Shown here in pieces: positions 58,384 through 64,000 of a stretch of DNA of 64,000 bases. A program made the position numbers and the translations under genes. The DNA lies in NCBI GenBank assembly GCA_016906335.1, contig JADEYG010000002.1, positions 1,178,001 through 1,242,000 on the forward strand, in the 5' to 3' direction. The stretch is from Novakomyces olei. Its lineage: Eukaryota. The stretch's first letter is position 1, and the number at the start of each line of letters is the position of its first letter. The notes beneath the pieces are model-generated. The model saw only the letters and a list, made by a program, of their open reading frames with translations, was not told the origin of the DNA and made no database searches.

Positions 58384-60839
58384 CTAACTTGAGACGGGAC
58401 CAGGACTATGCTGGGCCTCGTCTGGCATCGCTTTCTTGTACAGCGTCTCCACCATTTGCTGAATGTGTTTGACTTTCTCTTCCACACTAGCAATACGGTC
58501 AGAAGGCTCATCGATCCCGGATTGACTGTCGCTTGCAACCTCTTCATCAAGCTCGTATTCCAGATTATTGCCCGGACTTTCTTCGATTAAAGGCCCTTGA
58601 GAATGTCCGTATTCCGCTACGGGCAGTATTGATCCGACTCCAGCGCCCACACCTTGGAACCCTGCACCACCAGCACGCATAATGACCCGGCGGTTAGTTC
58701 GCGACTGTTTCTTGGCTCGATAAAGCTTCCTCTGCGTAACGTTAGACGGGCGATTGGGAACACGATTTTGAAGATGCTGAGCATGCTCAACCAGTCTGAT
58801 TAATAGTGCCAATGGCCCATGTGTAATGTACAGAATCCAGAGTTTTGCCTTGAGAAATACGGGATGATCATCGCTCACGAACGCCCCGACAGGCACGAAT
58901 ATGACTTCCAAAAGGTTAAATGGCGGGTACAGGCACACGAGATGATCCGATTTTGTTGCTTCCAAGACCATTGTCGAGAACTAGAAAGGGGACCATTTAG
59001 CCGAGTCAGAACGATAACGTAAGCTAAATTAAAATAGGGCATTATTAAATCTCTTTGCTTTTACATCCCAGTATCTTACCACAAACTCATACTCTTGCCT
59101 TGCGTTTGACATAACTTTGGCAAAAGTGTTTGACAAAATCGAAATGAGCACCTTGCCAAATGTTAGCTGACAGAAATCAATGTATTGAATCCTTACCGTG
59201 CCCATAAGGATATTTGTAAGAATTATGTAGAGCATCTGCAATTAGTTTGAACTCTGGAACGCATTTATTTTGTACCATCACAGGCGGGCCAAACACAGGA
59301 TGGATCCGAAACATGTTATCAAACCCGTCACTGGCACCACCAAAAAACACATCAAGCATCAGCATGAAAACGTCTTTGCGGGCTATGTCTCCCCAAGCCT
59401 ATATCGAATTAGTGTACAGAATTGAAGGAGGTTATTGTCCATACCAAAGCCCTGAAGCAGACAAAGAAGCCTAAAAATAGAGCAATAATCATGCCCATGA
59501 ACTTTATAAAGTCCGCCATCAGATGCCGAACGCAGGGCAAGAGGGTACCAAAGTAAGGCAAGACAGAGAACAATGAGAGTATCCTGGAGAACAAAATAAA
59601 GGGAAACGTAGGTTAGTTTATCGGTTTATTGATCGGTCTCTTATGCGCCCTTACCTGGGTATCAGGAACAAACCCTCCAGCGAAAGAATATCGTACGGAA
59701 GCCCAGGCGAACCCAAATCGTGTCCCAGCAAAGCTATGGTCCTCGTAACAATCCAGGCTAGGAAAATAACAACAATTGACATATCAAACAAAGCCCAGAA
59801 ATCTTCTACATAGAAAGAAAGGTGACCGGCTTCCGCAATCTCCTCTATTTCGCCCCAAATAAATGCAGAAAAGTACACATCAAGAAGGATTTCTAGCCAG
59901 AGAGATGCTGCTGATCTGCGAGACAGAACGAGAGTGTAAAGCGCAAACAGTATACAATAATTTACACTTTGTATAGCCAGATTGTATTTCGGTACGCGTA
60001 AACGACTGTAGCTCGAAACCAGACCATGATGAGCCGCAGCATCGTAAAAGGCCGCTCTTTTAACCGCCTGTGTCTCAATGTCGTTCCAAAATACAATGTC
60101 ACCTGCAATTTAGTTTTGTTTATGGGTAAAGCCTGTCGGCCGTATTTTATTCCTGCACTATTCCTTCGATGAATTTCGTATGATATGCTCGGCCTTGTGC
60201 CTTTGTACCTACCCCGCCAGATGCCGTCAATAACTTTTTGAACGTACGGAGACGATATGAATAGTTTAGCTTCCGCTAGTAAAGCAATTTCGAGGCTTGA
60301 AAAAGTTTCAATGCGTCGTAGCAAGCCACTGATCTCTTCGTCGGATCCTATCTCATCTTCATGCTCATCGTCTTGTTCGTGTCCTTGTTCGTTCCCGCTG
60401 GAAAAAGACGAAAGCTCGGGAAACTCGGTCGTTAATACGCGTAAGCGAGCTTCCTGTTTATAGTACCGCAAAACACGGATGGCAATAATCTCGGCCGCCC
60501 AAGCTCTGTTTATTAATATGCCAATAATTGACTCTTCAATCATTACCTTGCTGCCTGGCTGCTTCGACCGTTTTCCGAGTCCAAACCCTCGCCGTCCTGT
60601 AGCCGCAACCAGATCAGAACAAAGACAGAATCGGCACGACCAAGGGCCGCTACTGCCTTGACAATTGGCAGGATCAAGTCGTTCGCTAACGGCGCTGTCC
60701 GTAAGTCGTCCAAGGAATAGACATTGTTCCCAATGGCTCTTTGCAGCACAGACGCCAGGCTCAGTGCAAACTGCGGAGTCGGCGCTTGGCCCTGCAGCCG
60801 CGACAGACTCGCTTTTGTCTTTAAAAAGGTGCGCGACAT
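58384..60839 (-). CDS. YVC1: Vacuolar TRP cation channel, Yvc1/TRPY1-like; multiple introns
   Basis: AEIIAIR, SSLEIA..EAKLFIS..VQKVIDGIWRG, SRLRVPKY, PYFGTL, GPPVM, LISILSNTF, PPFNLLE. Confidence 0.82.
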
Positions 60840-61100
60840 TGCCCGGAAGCCGACAGTGTAAAGTGATGTTATTTGAGGGACGGAAGACAAGAGTCTATTG
60901 TGCTTTACAATTCTATAGATACATTTCAGAGTCAATTCTTCTTTACTCTAACAACGCTTACTATAAACACATTTACAGAGCCAATTGTAGAGCCAATCCA
61001 TAAGAGAAATACACCTTTGACGCGAAATGACGAGGCTCGTGACGCGAACGCTGTTGGAACAGAATAATTGTCGTGCGTGACACTGCTTACTAGTCGTATA

Positions 61101-61270
61101 ATTAAAATAATTGTTAAAATAATTGTTAAAATAATTGTTAAAATAATTGTCAAAATAATTGTTAAAATAATTGTTAAAATAATTGTTAAAATAATTGTTA
61201 GATTTGTTAAAATAATTGTTAAAATGCTCGTAAAATAATTGTTAAATATTGTTAAATAATTGTTACAATA
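61101..61270. repeat. 12-nt tandem repeat (TTAAAATAATTG)n in the YVC1/LEA1 divergent promoter
   Basis: About 8 near-perfect copies plus several degenerate ones. Confidence 0.93.
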
Positions 61271-61393
61271 ATAATATCTAAAGCATAATAATAAATGGAA
61301 TTATACTATTATTGCTTTACAAAAGAGAAAATAATATATAACATTCGCTGCGTATTCTACAGAGACGAGGTATTGCCGGCAGCGTCTCCAGCA

Positions 61394-62125
61394 ATGCGGC
61401 TGAATCCTGATGTGCTGCTCGCAACGCCTTCTTATATAAACCCGCTGCATGACCGCGAACTAGATTTGCGGGGTAAACATGTGCAGGTTATTGAGAATTT
61501 TGGTGTTGTCCGTGAGCAGAATGGCGCTATTGATCTAACAGACAACGATGTTCGCCATCTCACAAATTTCCCCTTTTCCCTGCGTTTGACGACACTCCTC
61601 CTCGGGCACAATCGCATTACAACCGTCTCTCAAAATTTGGGCCAAACTCTGCCGAATTTGCGGATACTCGTTCTGTCAGACAATGAGATTGCACAGCTCG
61701 CCGACTTGGACGGGCTGCGCGAGTGTAAACGATTAGAGTACCTGTGCGTCACGGAAAACCCTATCACACAAATGGACCACTACCGGCTATGGCTGATTTG
61801 GCGGCTGCCTCAGCTGCGGTTCCTCGACTATGCAAAGATCAGGCTCCGCGAGCGCGAGGCCGCACAAAATTTGTTTGGCACGGAGGAGGCACCGACGGGG
61901 CTGACAGAACAGATAATTGGGCTTAAATCACGGGTATTCGATGTTGAAGCTACAGGCGCATTGCCAAGCAATGGTGCTGCTCCTAAGCGTAGTGCCAACA
62001 GGCTCTCGCCTGAAGAGCGAAAGCGTATTGAAGACGCGATCAAGGCAGCTTCTACTATGGAGGAAATTAGTCGTCTTGAAAGTATGCTACTAGAAGGAAA
62101 GATACCAGTCGGCGCCGCCGTCTAA
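61394..62125 (+). CDS. LEA1: U2 snRNP A' leucine-rich repeat protein
   Basis: INPLHDRELDLRG, IDLTDND, LRRs, YRLWLIWRLPQLRFLDY, ASTMEEISRLE. Confidence 0.93.
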   Translation: MRLNPDVLLATPSYINPLHDRELDLRGKHVQVIENFGVVREQNGAIDLTDNDVRHLTNFPFSLRLTTLLLGHNRITTVSQNLGQTLPNLRILVLSDNEIAQLADLDGLRECKRLEYLCVTENPITQMDHYRLWLIWRLPQLRFLDYAKIRLREREAAQNLFGTEEAPTGLTEQIIGLKSRVFDVEATGALPSNGAAPKRSANRLSPEERKRIEDAIKAASTMEEISRLESMLLEGKIPVGAAV

Positions 62126-62401
62126 CCCAGGCCTATACCTCAAACATGGAAAAAATTAAAAGGAAAAAATATAAAGGAAATTGTAGTAGTCTAGAATAAA
62201 AATTAGGTATAATGCGGTCCCGTACGTAGTATTGCCGATACGGCATAGCGGTAGACATTTTAAATAACCATCCACGGTGACGAGCACACGGCTGCGACAG
62301 TGCTTTAGTGGAATTTTCTAACGTGACTACGACGCTATTAATCTCAATTGAACAATTTCCTGATCATTCCTATACTTGCGTTTAGCAATTTTCATCTATA
62401 C

Positions 62402-64000
62402 TCAATACACGTGAACGAGCGCATCGCCCGTTTCCTCCACAGGGCGGCCCTGGCGCTGGCACGAGACCTTCCACCGGATACGGATGCCTGCTGCCTTGTC
62501 AACCACCCCAGAAACAGTCAAAGACTGCTTGATCCCATTCGACTGACGAGGCAAAAGATCGCGGCCAGACTGGGGCTGCATCTGCAAAGTCATTGTCTTT
62601 GGAACTGCCATCTGGAACCAGAGATCAGAGATACGGTCTGTGGGGGAGTTGTTTCCAAAACTAGCCTCCATTGTCACTGTAGTACCTTGCGGCCTTGAAG
62701 CGGTAATCTTTGCCGAAAGCCAGTCGGATTGGAAAATCACGGTTTCCGCGTCTAGATGTTAGGGATTAAAAAAAATAATAATTTCTAAACAAAAAATTAC
62801 TAAATAAAAACAATTTTCACATCTTGAACTGCAATCAATACAAAATGATTTGTAAACTTACTGCTGACTGGCGACTGGTACCCGCCCATAAAGTCGCCCA
62901 TTAGGTCGGACGAAGGTGCCGGTGGCTGAGGGGAAGGCTGTGAGCTGGGAGTCATGGAAGCCGACGAGGAGCCGAAAAGAGAGCCCAGATTATCAAAAGC
63001 AGCATTGTGGCCGTGTGGGGCAGGTGTAGCGGCAAAAGGGGCAGGTGAGGCTGTGCCCGTAGCTGCAGGCGAAGAGCCTAATGAAAGATTCGAAAGGCCC
63101 TCGAGGGCAGAGTAGTTGGGCCGGTTTGAGGGAGCAGCGGAGGGCCCAGAGGTGCCTGATGGCTGTACAGTAGTAGAGCTGCTCATAAGCCCTCCGAGGT
63201 CGTTTGCCTGGGAGGCCGATTGAGCTCCTCCACCGAGACTGATACTGCCTCCCATACCAAACGGATTGCTCTGAGCAGCCTCGTCCGTGAAAGAAAGCCC
63301 GAGCAAGTCGTCCGAATGGTTTTCCGACTGGGCTGGTTTGGGTGCTGAACTGCTTGAACTCTCTGCCCTGCCAGTTTCTGCTGCCGGTTGCTGGGCACTA
63401 TCGCCCAGTCCAAACTCCATATCAATCAGTGACTGTGAGCCTCCAATATCACGAGGAGCAGAGGTGATATCCGTGGGCAAACGAGCCTTGATCTCTTGTG
63501 CCTTGGCGAAATCGCCGTCTCGCAGAGCATGATACTGTTCGTCCAGAGTATTAATAAGATCATTAAGCGCAAGCATCTTGCTCACGGCCTCCTGGTCATC
63601 AGACTCCTCCTGGCACATCTTTTGTATTTTGGGCTGCGCAGTACGAATCTGAGCTGTCATTTCCTCGTAAATGTCCCCATTGCCAATCTTATCAGATGCC
63701 TTCACGCCAGCCAGCATTTCACCAAGCAATGTAGCCTTCCTGCGTACTTTGTCCAGGTCCTGGGCCGCCTTGGCACGGTAGTCAGTCTTGCGAGACTGAT
63801 CATAGCCGGCCATTAGCTTCATGAGCCGATTAGCCTCCTGCAAATCGTGCGTTGTGCCACGGCGAATAAGTTCCTGAAGCTTTGCAGCGTTAGCATTACG
63901 GTCCTCCTCTTCAAGCTCTTCCGGAGATTTCAACGAATCAGAAGGGTTCAGCACGGCTGCCTCGTCCTCCTGAACTTCGGGGAACTTGTAGCCCTTGTAG
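62402..64000 (-). CDS. GGA2: GGA clathrin adaptor, 3' part (GAT and GAE domains); intron 62752-62861; 5' end outside the window
   Basis: KGYKFP, LKSPEELEEEDR..AKLQELIRRGT..DLQEANRLMK, AQPKIQKM; GAE FQMAVPK..LQMQPQSG. Confidence 0.88.

Noticed and set aside
1-64000. tRNA, rRNA, snoRNA or transposon sequences
   Set aside because: No cloverleaf with A/B boxes, rRNA motif, transposase/RT ORF or terminal repeats found by eye. A tRNAscan/Infernal run is needed to exclude small RNAs.

Overview
Gene-dense, intron-rich fungal (ascomycete) genomic DNA with about 37 protein-coding genes. Most introns are short (~38-80 nt, GT..AG with CTRAY branch points). Intergenic DNA is AT-rich, and many loci carry their own mini/microsatellite. 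An aconitase(Aco2)-mitoribosomal bL21 fusion plus this intron style suggest an early-diverging, Taphrinomycotina-like ascomycete (inference only). Most genes are housekeeping (ALT, GRX, RNA14, BUD20, prefoldin 6, RPA34, GRC3, HNT1, DAM1, SNT1, UFD1, PHO88, RFC3, HEM13, CWC27, EMG1, RAD57, ALG14, TRX, YVC1, LEA1, GGA). Highlights: (1) a light/clock locus, with frq and wc-1 only ~14.5 kb apart and WCC-type GATCGA sites upstream of frq; (2) the long FRQ frame is broken by a single in-frame TAG just before the short-FRQ-like start; (3) a one-nucleotide exon appears to be required in HNT1; (4) a possible CUG-initiated mitochondrial thioredoxin isoform lies next to a redox-dead, CaaX-ended thioredoxin-fold gene; (5) the Aco2-bL21 fusion has an internal presequence-like linker; (6) TTAGGG clusters recur at gene boundaries. 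No tRNA, rRNA, transposon or CRISPR could be supported. All homology calls are from motif recognition, not database searches.
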